Positions 52,808 to 62,713 of a stretch of DNA of 64,000 nucleotides are shown piece by piece. Origin of the DNA: Chitinophaga pinensis (GTDB taxonomy: Bacteria > Bacteroidota > Bacteroidia > NS11-12g > UBA955). The notes below the pieces were generated by a model that saw nothing but the letters and a program-made list of their open reading frames with translations, made no database searches and was not told the origin of the DNA. Position 1 is the stretch's first letter. Every line of letters begins with the position of its first letter. The position numbers were made by a program, and so were the translations under genes. The stretch lies in NCBI GenBank assembly GCA_945888525.1, contig CAMDAF010000007.1:17127-81126 (forward strand), in the 5' to 3' direction.

Positions 52808-55800
52808 ATGCAGAACACCAACAAAACCGGAAATTCAGTAGATAATCAAAAAATTATTTCTGAAGCACTTTTATCAGCGGAAAATCAAATTATTGAGCAA
52901 TCAAATAAAATTGAGCAATTAGAAATTCAATTGGCGCACTTATCAAATCAAATTAGTGCAGAGAAGACCAGCAATAAAAGGAGTTTAGACTCTAATAGCA
53001 GTCAGTTAGATCTTATACTTCAAAACATACAGACAGGACTTCTCTTAGAAAATTCAGAAAGAAAAATAGTCTTGGTTAACAAGACATTTATCAAACTTTT
53101 TGGGCTTCCACTTGAGCCAGAGCAGATGTTAGGCTTTGATTGCGTAGCTTCTGCCGTTGACACCTCTAAATTGTTTGAGGATGAAGAAAGTTTTTTGCAA
53201 GAAATTAATAGATCTTTAGAAAACAAAACCAAAGTTGAAAAAGTTCTGTTAAAACTTAAAGATGGACGGTATTTTAGACGTGATTATATCCCTCTTTGGA
53301 AAGAAGAGATTTACGATGGGCACATATGGGTATACAACGATGTGACCGAAGATGAATTGACTCAAATTAAAGTCAAAGAACAAGAACAATTTTACGAAGA
53401 GATTTTAAATGAAATACCATCTGGTATCGTCGTATTTGACAAAGACCACAATTACCTTTTCGTCAATCCGTATGGAATTAAAAGCAAAGAAATAAGGGAA
53501 TGGATTATTGGTAAAACCGATTACGATTATTGCACGTATAGAAACAAACCTGTTTCGATTGCAGACGAGCGGCGCAGACACTTTAATGAAGCATATGAAT
53601 CCAAAAAAGTTCATACTTGGTACGAAGAAATCATAGCACCAAAGGGCAAAAAAGAATACCACATGCGTATGTCGTATCCAGTATTAAACGCGCAAAAAGA
53701 GGTTACGATGATGATTGGTTATGATTTAGACATAACCCAAAGCAAAGAGAACGAGCTCGCTTTAATAGAAGCAAATAGAGCCCTAACTTTATCTCAATTT
53801 ATTATTGACAACTCCTACGATGCATTACAAGTATATCAAGAAGACGGCCGTCTGTTTTACCTCAATTCTGAGGCGATAAAACGTCTTGGCATTGACGCAA
53901 AAAGGGTAAACGAATACTTTGTTAAAGATTTTGAACAAATCTATAATGATGAGTTGGTTTGGAAAGAGCATGTTGCAGAACTCAAAAAAAAAGGTAGTGT
54001 CATTATTGAAGGTGAAAACATTAATGTCAAAACCGGCATTAGTTTTCCTGTTGAGGTTACGGTAAAGTACCTTAAAGTTGATGGCACAGGATACATCATC
54101 GCATCATCTCGTGACATAACCATACGGCGGAATTTTGAACAGGTTTTGCTTCGTAAACAAGGCATGTTAAATGCAATTGCTTTGGCAACAAATGAATTGC
54201 TCTCAAATCCAAATCTCTTCAATGCAATTTCCAAATCATTAACTTGGATTGGCCAAGCAGTTGAAGTTGATCGTACATACCTATTTGAGAATAGTTTTGA
54301 CCCAGAACAACTTGATTTCAAAACTTCTCAAAGATTTGAATGGACAAACAACGAAATTGAGACAAAAATCAACAACCCTCAGTTGCAGAATGTACCGATC
54401 AATATATTTGGAAATATTTTAGAAACCTTAAATAAAAAAGAACCGTATAATGCGATTGTAAGTGAAATTAAGAATCAAGAAGCTAGAGATCTATTAGAAT
54501 CTCAAGGCTTTCGATCTGTCTTAATTATTCCAATAATGCACAAGGATTTTTTCTGGGGCTTTTTGGGATATGATAATTGTAAAACTGATATAGAATGGGA
54601 AACTGCCGAAGTTGCCTTGTTGCAAAGTTTTGCCAACAGCATTTCCAATGCAATTGAGCGAAATCAATTAGAAAATAATGCCCTAAAGGCAAAAGAAATT
54701 GCCGAGAAATCTACGATTGCCAAATCAGAGTTCCTTGCACAGATGAGCCATGAAGTAAGAACACCAATGACTGCTTTCTTAGGAATGACGAAAATATTGG
54801 CTAAAACAAAACTTGACGAAACGCAGCATAAATACTTAAAAATTATTAGCGATTCTGCCGATAATTTATTGGCGATTGTTAATGATATCTTAGATTTAGA
54901 AAAAATCAATTCAGGTAAACTGTCGCTAGAAACTTTGTATTTCGACCTTGAGTCTAGAATTGAAAAATCAATTGAAACCTTTAAGCACAAAGCTGCTGAA
55001 AAAGGTTTAAGACTGGAATTCATAAGCGATTTACCAATAAACTTTAACGTAAAAGGTGACCCGCATAGGCTAACGCAACTTGTAAATAATTTATTGGGGA
55101 ATGCCATTAAATTTACAAGCAAAGGTGAAATTGGTATAAAAGTAAAAATCTCCAATAAAAAAAGCGATTTGGTTTGGGTAGAAATTGTAATTTCAGATTC
55201 AGGCATAGGTATTAAGCAAGACAAATTAGACTATATATTTGACCCATATTTCCAAGGAGGCAAAGAAATAGCAAGACTATATGGTGGGACCGGCTTAGGT
55301 TTGAGCATATGCCAATCAATAATTGAAATGCAAGGTGGGAGCATATCAGTTGAGAGTGAATATGGAAAAGGCAGCACATTCACAGTCTTATTACCCTTTG
55401 CTGAAAGTGCTGAAGAGGTTCAACATGAGGTTGAAATCATAGACGAAAAACTAAGTGAAAGTGAAGCACTTGTTGGTCTCAAAGTCCTTGCAGCTGAAGA
55501 TGTTGAAATCAATAGATTTATGCTTAACCACATCCTAGATTCATGGGGATGTGAAGTAACGTTAGTAAACGATGGGGCTGAAGCTGTAGAAAGCTTCCTT
55601 AAAAACAAATACGACATCGTTTTAATGGACATTCAAATGCCTGAAAAAGATGGCATAGAGGCCACTAAAGAGATCATAAGCTCCGATAACTATAATGGAA
55701 CCCCAATTATTGCTGTAACAGCAAATGCGCTTTTAGGTGATGCCGAAAAATACCTGAGTATGGGTTTTAGCTTTTGTATTACAAAGCCATTTACCGAAAA

Positions 55801-56224
55801 AACATTAAGTGATATCATTATTAGTGCTGTTAACAAAAGAAAAAAAAATCTGATCCATTATGAAGGCAAAGAAAATTTAAACGAACCATTGTATAGCCTC
55901 AATCATTTAAATTTGATTTCTAATGGCAAAAAAGAATTTGTCGATAAAATGGTCGCTTTATTCATCAATGATATGCCTAATCACTTGCTAGACCTTTCAA
56001 ATGCCTACAAGAACAATGATGTAGTTGCTTTTTCAATGTGTTTACATAAACTAAAACCTAGTCTGGCTCATTTTGAAATACATTCTGTCTCTGCAATGGC
56101 CACTAAAATGCAGTCTATAATCAAAGAACAAGGCTTGGAATTCCCAAATAAATTTATGGTGCAAGAATTCATTACCCCCATTGAGTTGTGCATCAATGGC
56201 TTAAAGAAAACCCATTTAAGTTAG
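52808..56224 (+). CDS. Cytoplasmic hybrid sensor kinase (3xPAS-GAF-HisKA-HATPase-REC-HPt)
   Basis: No TM. SHEVRTPM, NLLGNAIKFT, DSGIG, GGTGLGL, AAED...LMDIQMP...ITKP, HKLKPS HPt. Confidence 0.93.
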   Translation: MQNTNKTGNSVDNQKIISEALLSAENQIIEQSNKIEQLEIQLAHLSNQISAEKTSNKRSLDSNSSQLDLILQNIQTGLLLENSERKIVLVNKTFIKLFGLPLEPEQMLGFDCVASAVDTSKLFEDEESFLQEINRSLENKTKVEKVLLKLKDGRYFRRDYIPLWKEEIYDGHIWVYNDVTEDELTQIKVKEQEQFYEEILNEIPSGIVVFDKDHNYLFVNPYGIKSKEIREWIIGKTDYDYCTYRNKPVSIADERRRHFNEAYESKKVHTWYEEIIAPKGKKEYHMRMSYPVLNAQKEVTMMIGYDLDITQSKENELALIEANRALTLSQFIIDNSYDALQVYQEDGRLFYLNSEAIKRLGIDAKRVNEYFVKDFEQIYNDELVWKEHVAELKKKGSVIIEGENINVKTGISFPVEVTVKYLKVDGTGYIIASSRDITIRRNFEQVLLRKQGMLNAIALATNELLSNPNLFNAISKSLTWIGQAVEVDRTYLFENSFDPEQLDFKTSQRFEWTNNEIETKINNPQLQNVPINIFGNILETLNKKEPYNAIVSEIKNQEARDLLESQGFRSVLIIPIMHKDFFWGFLGYDNCKTDIEWETAEVALLQSFANSISNAIERNQLENNALKAKEIAEKSTIAKSEFLAQMSHEVRTPMTAFLGMTKILAKTKLDETQHKYLKIISDSADNLLAIVNDILDLEKINSGKLSLETLYFDLESRIEKSIETFKHKAAEKGLRLEFISDLPINFNVKGDPHRLTQLVNNLLGNAIKFTSKGEIGIKVKISNKKSDLVWVEIVISDSGIGIKQDKLDYIFDPYFQGGKEIARLYGGTGLGLSICQSIIEMQGGSISVESEYGKGSTFTVLLPFAESAEEVQHEVEIIDEKLSESEALVGLKVLAAEDVEINRFMLNHILDSWGCEVTLVNDGAEAVESFLKNKYDIVLMDIQMPEKDGIEATKEIISSDNYNGTPIIAVTANALLGDAEKYLSMGFSFCITKPFTEKTLSDIIISAVNKRKKNLIHYEGKENLNEPLYSLNHLNLISNGKKEFVDKMVALFINDMPNHLLDLSNAYKNNDVVAFSMCLHKLKPSLAHFEIHSVSAMATKMQSIIKEQGLEFPNKFMVQEFITPIELCINGLKKTHLS

Positions 56225-56228
56225 AAAC

Positions 56229-57065
56229 CTAAAGTGGAATAAATGAGAAATTCTTCACCACGATTTCATGCTCCAGCCCATTATTAGGCGCCGCTCCATT
56301 CAACAACCAGAAATTGAAACGGACATTGGTTGAATCGCTTGGCGCCGGCACAACGATGGGATTAGAGACTTGAGCTCCCTCAATTTTAGTTCTTGTAATA
56401 TTGGTGTTATCAAATTTCCAAGAAGCTGTTTTATTAGCCCCTGGATATACTTCTCCTTCATAACTCTCCCAGAAAACCGCTTCTGGTGTCCATTTCATCA
56501 TATAAGTCATAGATTTGCTAATATAACGCCTGGCCATTTTAGGTTTGTATGTGCGTTCAGGATATGGTGCTGGGTTGCTAAACCAAACTGGCTGAGCACT
56601 AAAAGTAACCATTGAGGTGTCTCCCGCAACATTCCATTTGGAAAATTCTACATCAATTTCACTATTCCCTTGGGTTTGAAAACTGTAATCATCCCAAGTA
56701 AAAAAACCAAAAACAACCCGCTCATCAAAGTTCCTAATATCAGTTTCACAAGTAAAAATGTAAGTTCCATATTTAAATTCTTTGACACTAATTATTTCAC
56801 TGCAATACCAAAATCCATTTCTCTTGGTAATCTTCAAATGCAAGCGCCCAATGCTGTCTACGAAAGCATTTTCTTTGGTCCCTAAAAAGCGATTAGGTCC
56901 TGGGCCTACTGGCGCTGGTCTGTCTTTGTAATCCCAATAATAACCAGAAAAATAAACTGCTCCCGTTTTCTCTACTATTTTTAATTCAGGTGGTGGCGAT
57001 TGCTTGCATGCTGTTAGGGAAAACAACAACACCATCAAACTCATTCCTATATTTTTAATTGACAT
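56229..57065 (-). CDS. GH16-like lipoprotein (putative beta-glucanase)
   Basis: Lipobox LTAC, G.LHLKI, YGTY, EIDVE catalytic ExDxE motif, W.P....W. Confidence 0.75.
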   Translation of the reverse strand: MSIKNIGMSLMVLLFSLTACKQSPPPELKIVEKTGAVYFSGYYWDYKDRPAPVGPGPNRFLGTKENAFVDSIGRLHLKITKRNGFWYCSEIISVKEFKYGTYIFTCETDIRNFDERVVFGFFTWDDYSFQTQGNSEIDVEFSKWNVAGDTSMVTFSAQPVWFSNPAPYPERTYKPKMARRYISKSMTYMMKWTPEAVFWESYEGEVYPGANKTASWKFDNTNITRTKIEGAQVSNPIVVPAPSDSTNVRFNFWLLNGAAPNNGLEHEIVVKNFSFIPL

Positions 57066-59307
57066 AAATGCGTTTTTTTTGATTGTTAATGATTAGATCA
57101 AAGTCTCCTTTTTCTGTTACTTCCTGAAGCTCTTTATTGACAAACGACAAATCTTTTTTATGGACAGAAAAAACGATGGTTTTTGTTTCATTTGGCTGTA
57201 AAGATATTTTCGAAAATGCCATTAATTTTTTAACAGAAGGGGTAATACTCGCAACCAAATCACTGTAATACAATTGCACAACTTCTTGTCCCGTCCTATC
57301 TCCAATGTTTTTTACATTTACCTTTAGAACCAAAGAATCAAAATTGTTTAATGTGTCTTTACTGAGGCTAAAATCTGAAAATTCAAATTTGGTATAACTT
57401 AAGCCAAACCCAAAATCAAACTGCGGCTTGTAAGCATTCTCTGAAAAATCCACATCTAAATCTTCCGAATGTTTGCGGTCGTAATGAACAAAGGAATTTT
57501 GACTTGACGGATACGTAAATGGCAATTTTCCACTTGGGTTCTTAACGCCAAACAGACAATCAGAAATGGCTCTTCCGCCTTCATCTCCTGGCAAGTATGC
57601 GTATAAGATTGCATCGACAATCCCTGCTATTTCATTAAGTAATCTTGGACGGTTAAAACAACACACCAAGACAATTGGTTTGTTAAGTTCTTTCAAACGT
57701 TTGACCAAAGTCTTTTGAGCAACACTTAAATCCAAATTGTCAATGTTACCGGGTATTTCTGTGCAAGGTGTTTCGCCCAAACAAACAACTATTTTGTCGA
57801 CCAACTTAGCCGCTTGCACACAAGCCTCAATGTCTTTTAAACTATCAATTTCACTCCCCAATGCATAGGAGACATTACTTGCGTTATACAAGCTCATGGC
57901 TTCAAATATGGTGAACTTCCCTTTGGTGTTAAACCTAGAATCAACACCCTGCCAAGTATGCGTCCATGCGCCATTTAATAAGTTCATACTGTTCGCAGAA
58001 GGTCCACAAACAAGAACCTTTTCATTTGAAGCATTTATTGGCAATGTTTTGTTTGCATTTTTTAATAAGGTCATACTTTCCGCCGCCAATTCATAACTTT
58101 TCTGAGCGTGCTCTTTTGAGCCAAATAAAGGGTAAATATCTTTGGTGATTTTTTTGAATTGGAACAATCCCATCTCATTTTTCAAAACCAAAATACGCCT
58201 AACAGATGCATCGATTCGGGACATAGGAATAGAACCTTCCTTTATCAATTCTACCAATAGCTCAGTGAATTCAAAATCATTGGGCGTCATACTCATATCA
58301 ACACCAGCCATAATGGCCATTTTTACGGCTTCTTTTTTACTTGATGCAACTCTATGAACATTCACCAATTTGTATACATCTTCCCAATCTGTTACAGCAA
58401 CACCTTTAAATCCTAATTCATCTCTTAGTAAAGTAGTTAATATGTCATAATTGATGTGCACAGGCGTGCCATTAATTTCACCCGAATTAACCATAACTGT
58501 TTTAGCCCCTTGGTTAATTGCTTCCCTGAAAGTAGGCAGGAAATATTCTCTTAATTCACGGTCAGATATCCAAGCTGGCGTGCGGTCCTTACCACTCAAA
58601 GGCATACTGTATCCTAAAAAGTGCTTCATGCATGCGGCCACTTGATTTGGACCGCTTATGCCATTGTTCTGTATGCCTTGTATAGCCACTTTTGACATTT
58701 GTTTGGCCAAATAAACATCTTCTCCAAAGGTCTCAAAGAAACGAGACCATAATGGCATTCTACCTAAGTCCAAAACCGGCGAAAAATTCCAAGGAATTCC
58801 ACTTGCTCTGGTTTCATAAGCTGTAATTTGATACATCTTTTTGACCAAACCTGGGTTCCAAGTTGCTGCTTGTCCAATCTGCTGCGGAAACAAGGTTGCA
58901 CCCATGGTATAATTGGCGCCATGTATAGCGTCTATTCCATAGATGATTGGAATATTTAAATGGCTGTATTTTTTATTTTGCTCAAAAATGGTGTTGATGA
59001 TTTTATGCCAACTTTCCATCGAAATGGTACCACTTCCACAACCCACATTTAATATTGAACCAATATGGTATTTAACAATGGCTGTTTTTAATTTCTCTAA
59101 ATTTAATGCTTGTGGTTGAACCAGATTGCAAATTCCACCTTCTGCAATAACACCCAAATCAATTTGAGTCATCTGACCAGCCTTTTCTTCAGGACTCATT
59201 ATAGAAATCAATGAATCAATCTGTTTATTTGATAAAAAACTTTGGGATAAACAAACCCAAGGCAACGATACCAATAAACTAAGAACGAATAACTTTCTCA
59301 TCTTCAA
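57055..59307 (-). CDS. GH3 beta-glucosidase with Fn3-like C-terminus
   Basis: EEKAGQM, DAIHG, ETFGED, CMKHF, VTDW nucleophile, NPSGKLP, FGFGLSYT, EVVQLY. Confidence 0.95.
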   Translation of the reverse strand: MKMRKLFVLSLLVSLPWVCLSQSFLSNKQIDSLISIMSPEEKAGQMTQIDLGVIAEGGICNLVQPQALNLEKLKTAIVKYHIGSILNVGCGSGTISMESWHKIINTIFEQNKKYSHLNIPIIYGIDAIHGANYTMGATLFPQQIGQAATWNPGLVKKMYQITAYETRASGIPWNFSPVLDLGRMPLWSRFFETFGEDVYLAKQMSKVAIQGIQNNGISGPNQVAACMKHFLGYSMPLSGKDRTPAWISDRELREYFLPTFREAINQGAKTVMVNSGEINGTPVHINYDILTTLLRDELGFKGVAVTDWEDVYKLVNVHRVASSKKEAVKMAIMAGVDMSMTPNDFEFTELLVELIKEGSIPMSRIDASVRRILVLKNEMGLFQFKKITKDIYPLFGSKEHAQKSYELAAESMTLLKNANKTLPINASNEKVLVCGPSANSMNLLNGAWTHTWQGVDSRFNTKGKFTIFEAMSLYNASNVSYALGSEIDSLKDIEACVQAAKLVDKIVVCLGETPCTEIPGNIDNLDLSVAQKTLVKRLKELNKPIVLVCCFNRPRLLNEIAGIVDAILYAYLPGDEGGRAISDCLFGVKNPSGKLPFTYPSSQNSFVHYDRKHSEDLDVDFSENAYKPQFDFGFGLSYTKFEFSDFSLSKDTLNNFDSLVLKVNVKNIGDRTGQEVVQLYYSDLVASITPSVKKLMAFSKISLQPNETKTIVFSVHKKDLSFVNKELQEVTEKGDFDLIINNQKKRIYVN

Positions 59308-59944
59308 GTTTAATAAATTTAATTTCGTCTAAATATATATTTCCATCGCCTTCTAACTGAATAATAAATTGCTTTACCCTTTCCAAATCAAAATCCTTGG
59401 CTTCGAAAGGAAATTTAGACAAGGGTATAAGCACGGTAGTCCATGTTGAATCCGTGAATTCTCCAGATGCCAATGAATAATTAAACCCAAAATAGGCTTG
59501 GACACCAGAATAGTCTTCTAAGGCAAACGCAACTGGGAAGTTTTTAAAAGAACCTTTTACCGACTTTACTTTCATTTGAATGGCTGAATTGTCTTTTAAG
59601 TCAGAAATATCTTTAGACATCCAATTGTTCCAGCCAAAGCCAATACCTATCCACTTGCAATTACCGGCAATTTTATCCCAGGTCACTTTCAAACCTGCAT
59701 CGCCCGAAAACACATTTAGTTTTTCTGTTGCCATTTGCACACATTGAACTTCTGGAGAAACCCAAACGCTTTTATCATAATCGTTGTTGAAAATGTATAC
59801 CGCCTTGAAGCCGTCAATTTCATTGCTATCGACAATTGCAAGCTCATTGTACAAAGATCTATCCTGAACTTGAACAATGCTGTTACAAGCCCCTAAAAGC
59901 AGCAACAGAGCAAAGAATGAATATAACTTTAAATTATTTCTCAC
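59279..59944 (-). CDS. Lipoprotein with carbohydrate-binding-module-like (galactose-binding-fold) domain
   Basis: Lipobox LGAC, WIGIGFGW, WTTVLIPLSKF...IYLDEIKF. Confidence 0.65.
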   Translation of the reverse strand: MRNNLKLYSFFALLLLLGACNSIVQVQDRSLYNELAIVDSNEIDGFKAVYIFNNDYDKSVWVSPEVQCVQMATEKLNVFSGDAGLKVTWDKIAGNCKWIGIGFGWNNWMSKDISDLKDNSAIQMKVKSVKGSFKNFPVAFALEDYSGVQAYFGFNYSLASGEFTDSTWTTVLIPLSKFPFEAKDFDLERVKQFIIQLEGDGNIYLDEIKFIKLEDEKVIRS

Positions 59945-60921
59945 GGCTCAAGCGGCTTGTTGTTTGAAAACATCAAATAATCCAATTTAGTGCTAGCAAA
60001 TCCATTGTTAGGATTTGCTAAATGCAGCATAGAAATCTTACTTAATTTATTTGGATTGTGCAAACCATTTCCTTTAGGTGTTGAAGGCGAGCCATTAACC
60101 AAAGTAAAGATGTCAGAATATTTTATTGAAATCAACTTCCAACCTTCCCAATCTACAGTCACTTGGTAATCGTATTCATCTTCGTTGCTTGCCGAAAATG
60201 TTCCATCACTATTTTCATCCTCTTTAAATTGAAACAACACAATAGAAGGATTAGCGCTTGTGGTTCCGTATACCAAACAATTAAAATAGACAGCATCTGG
60301 ATTGGTATTTAGTGAGAATGGTACTGGAAAATCTATTAAACCAATCAAATAGTCCCAGTTTACAGTACCAGCCATATTTAAATAACTGCCGCCTTCTGGA
60401 GCTAGGTTATCTGTTTTTACTTTGCAATCCATGCTGGCACCTGATTGAAAATATTTGGTCCAAGATGTTTTAAGACCCGTTTCAAAATCCGCTACAATAA
60501 AACCATCATTAACCTTCGGGTTCTTTACGAAAACATTTGCAGTAAATGAATCGGCAACATCATCAATTTTCAATGTAGCTATGCATTTTTCGGTTCTAAA
60601 CATTGGCAAAGTGGTGGTTGATCCATTCCAAAGTGCATTGTTTATTGCAATAATTCTGCTTTGTCCATTTAATACCTTTTTAGCTTTCGACGTTTGACCT
60701 TCTATGGTAATTTTCCAAGTCACAATCTTATTAAAAGACGCTGAAAAGAAAACGGTTTCAGAAGTTTTAAAATCGACAGAATCTTTGCTGGCTTTGAACA
60801 CGTCCAACAACTTAAAATTGCTGTATATCTCAGCAATGCTAGGTCCATCTGTTTTTGTATCCTTTCGGCAAGCCACTAGGCTTAAAACCAGAAAAGAAAG
60901 TACTATTATTTTTTGCTTCAT
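59941..60921 (-). CDS. Surface lipoprotein with C-terminal CBM11-like domain
   Basis: Lipobox LVAC, VADFE, VDWEGWKLISIKYSD, LDYLMF. Confidence 0.65.
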   Translation of the reverse strand: MKQKIIVLSFLVLSLVACRKDTKTDGPSIAEIYSNFKLLDVFKASKDSVDFKTSETVFFSASFNKIVTWKITIEGQTSKAKKVLNGQSRIIAINNALWNGSTTTLPMFRTEKCIATLKIDDVADSFTANVFVKNPKVNDGFIVADFETGLKTSWTKYFQSGASMDCKVKTDNLAPEGGSYLNMAGTVNWDYLIGLIDFPVPFSLNTNPDAVYFNCLVYGTTSANPSIVLFQFKEDENSDGTFSASNEDEYDYQVTVDWEGWKLISIKYSDIFTLVNGSPSTPKGNGLHNPNKLSKISMLHLANPNNGFASTKLDYLMFSNNKPLEP

Positions 60922-60922
60922 A

Positions 60923-62662
60923 TTATAGAGTAATGCTGTAAATAATTCCTAATTGATTCATGTTAAAATCGGCATTTGCCTTAAGTTGATCTTTATAAGT
61001 ACTTTGCTGATAAAGTATAGCCAAATATACTTTCGGACTAAAGTTATAACGCAATCCTAAGGCTGTTATTTGTTGACTCAAATTTAAGTTGTTTTGATTA
61101 AAATAAATAACCTCCGAATAGGTATTTCTATCGGCAATAAAATCAACCCCTTTATTGGTTTGACTTACAAAACCGCCTAAGAATTCAAATCCATCGCTAA
61201 ATTCCCATTTAAGTCCCAAACTGGTTTGATTCATTTTTAAATCAACGTTCTCAATAGTTTGGGTGCTGCTTCTATTAGTGCTTTGCATTTTATTCGAAAC
61301 TTGAATACTCAAGTGTCTTTTTAGTCCGACGATTTCATGTATAGGCAAGTACGCATATACTTTTGTTTGAGAAAACGCTCTTAATGCACTCGACCCTTGC
61401 CCTCTTATTTCACTTAAACTTTGGTATTCGGCGTTGATTTCAATTTTTTGTTTTGTCTTGTATTGAACACGCGCATAAGCACCTTGTCTGTTAAATGTAG
61501 CCATACCGTATGGAGAAATGGTATTGTACACTTGACTCTGCGTCATTAGTGAATTGCTAATGGTTCTGTTGTAAATGTTTTCATTCCCAATTAAGTCAAT
61601 TAATGCTATTGGTCTTTGAATCTGAGCATTGGTGTAACGGTTATAAAAAACTGTTTGTGCATTGTAATTGACATCTTTGCTTTGTGAGCCTATGCTTCTG
61701 AAGTCAGGCCCCACACTTAAAAAGCCAAGTGTGGCATTAAAATTAGAAACTTTCATTTGTGCATAAAAATGCATGAAATAGTCATTTAATTTTGGTGCTA
61801 AAGTATCTGCTGAATATTGGTAATTGCTTTGTCCAAGTTCACCGGCAAGCACTAAATTTTCTTTGCCTATTTTTTGATTGTAATTAAAATCAACTGTATT
61901 GACAGAATTCTTAAATAGATTGTCATTTTTTACCGTTCCTTTTACATCAAATACGGTGTTGTTATTATAAGCTAAATAAAAGTTTTTGCTTTGAACAATT
62001 TGCAAGGTTAAGGCCCTCATCAATCGGTCGTTGACATTTGAAAAATCGGTTGCATTCAAACGGGTAATAAATGCGTTGACGTTTACCTCTTTAATAAATT
62101 TAGAAAATGTAAAACCAAAATCTACACTCGCACCTTGCATCCTCCAACTGTTATTTCCCATATAAAAGCGGTCGTAGGAAACAATATTTTTTTGCAAATT
62201 AAAGATTGTTGGAAGAGAGTCCACTTGGTCAGAATGGTGGTTGTATAAAGTGAATTGTGTTTGTTTTAAATTAAGGTCGCCCAATTGGTAGCGGAGTGCA
62301 TTGGCAAGAACACCCTTAATCCATAATTGTCTAACATCGAAACTTACACCTGAACCCCAAAAGCCTCCGTATTCATTTCTTATACGGAACATCCCCATAA
62401 TTTCAGTGTTCTTGTTTGGCTTAATGTTAACACCAAGATCCAATAAGGCATAGCCCCCATTTTTTCGTTTAACCGTGCTGGTGTCGGCAATTGTATCATT
62501 CACTATTAAAGAATTGCTGTTCATCAAAGAACGTGCCCCCCCAACAAAACTAACTTTGCGATCCTTTTGTGCATTTACATTAAATACCGTCAATCCTATG
62601 GCAATTAGAATACCTAGTTTTAAACCAGATTTTTTATATTTTCTATTTAAGTTCACTTTCAA
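60923..62662 (-). CDS. Putative outer-membrane beta-barrel protein
   Basis: Signal peptide (VNA|Q), many amphipathic strands, C-terminal LGIIYSITL; no plug or TonB-box recognisable. Exact start uncertain. Confidence 0.6.
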   Translation of the reverse strand: MKVNLNRKYKKSGLKLGILIAIGLTVFNVNAQKDRKVSFVGGARSLMNSNSLIVNDTIADTSTVKRKNGGYALLDLGVNIKPNKNTEIMGMFRIRNEYGGFWGSGVSFDVRQLWIKGVLANALRYQLGDLNLKQTQFTLYNHHSDQVDSLPTIFNLQKNIVSYDRFYMGNNSWRMQGASVDFGFTFSKFIKEVNVNAFITRLNATDFSNVNDRLMRALTLQIVQSKNFYLAYNNNTVFDVKGTVKNDNLFKNSVNTVDFNYNQKIGKENLVLAGELGQSNYQYSADTLAPKLNDYFMHFYAQMKVSNFNATLGFLSVGPDFRSIGSQSKDVNYNAQTVFYNRYTNAQIQRPIALIDLIGNENIYNRTISNSLMTQSQVYNTISPYGMATFNRQGAYARVQYKTKQKIEINAEYQSLSEIRGQGSSALRAFSQTKVYAYLPIHEIVGLKRHLSIQVSNKMQSTNRSSTQTIENVDLKMNQTSLGLKWEFSDGFEFLGGFVSQTNKGVDFIADRNTYSEVIYFNQNNLNLSQQITALGLRYNFSPKVYLAILYQQSTYKDQLKANADFNMNQLGIIYSITL

Positions 62663-62713
62663 ATTTTATTTATATTGACAACGTCTATATGTTTTTTCAT
62701 TTTCATAAACCTC

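Noticed and set aside
45123-56224. Genomic island integrated at tRNA-Arg
   Set aside because: No integrase or transposase and no duplicated tRNA 3' end found by eye.
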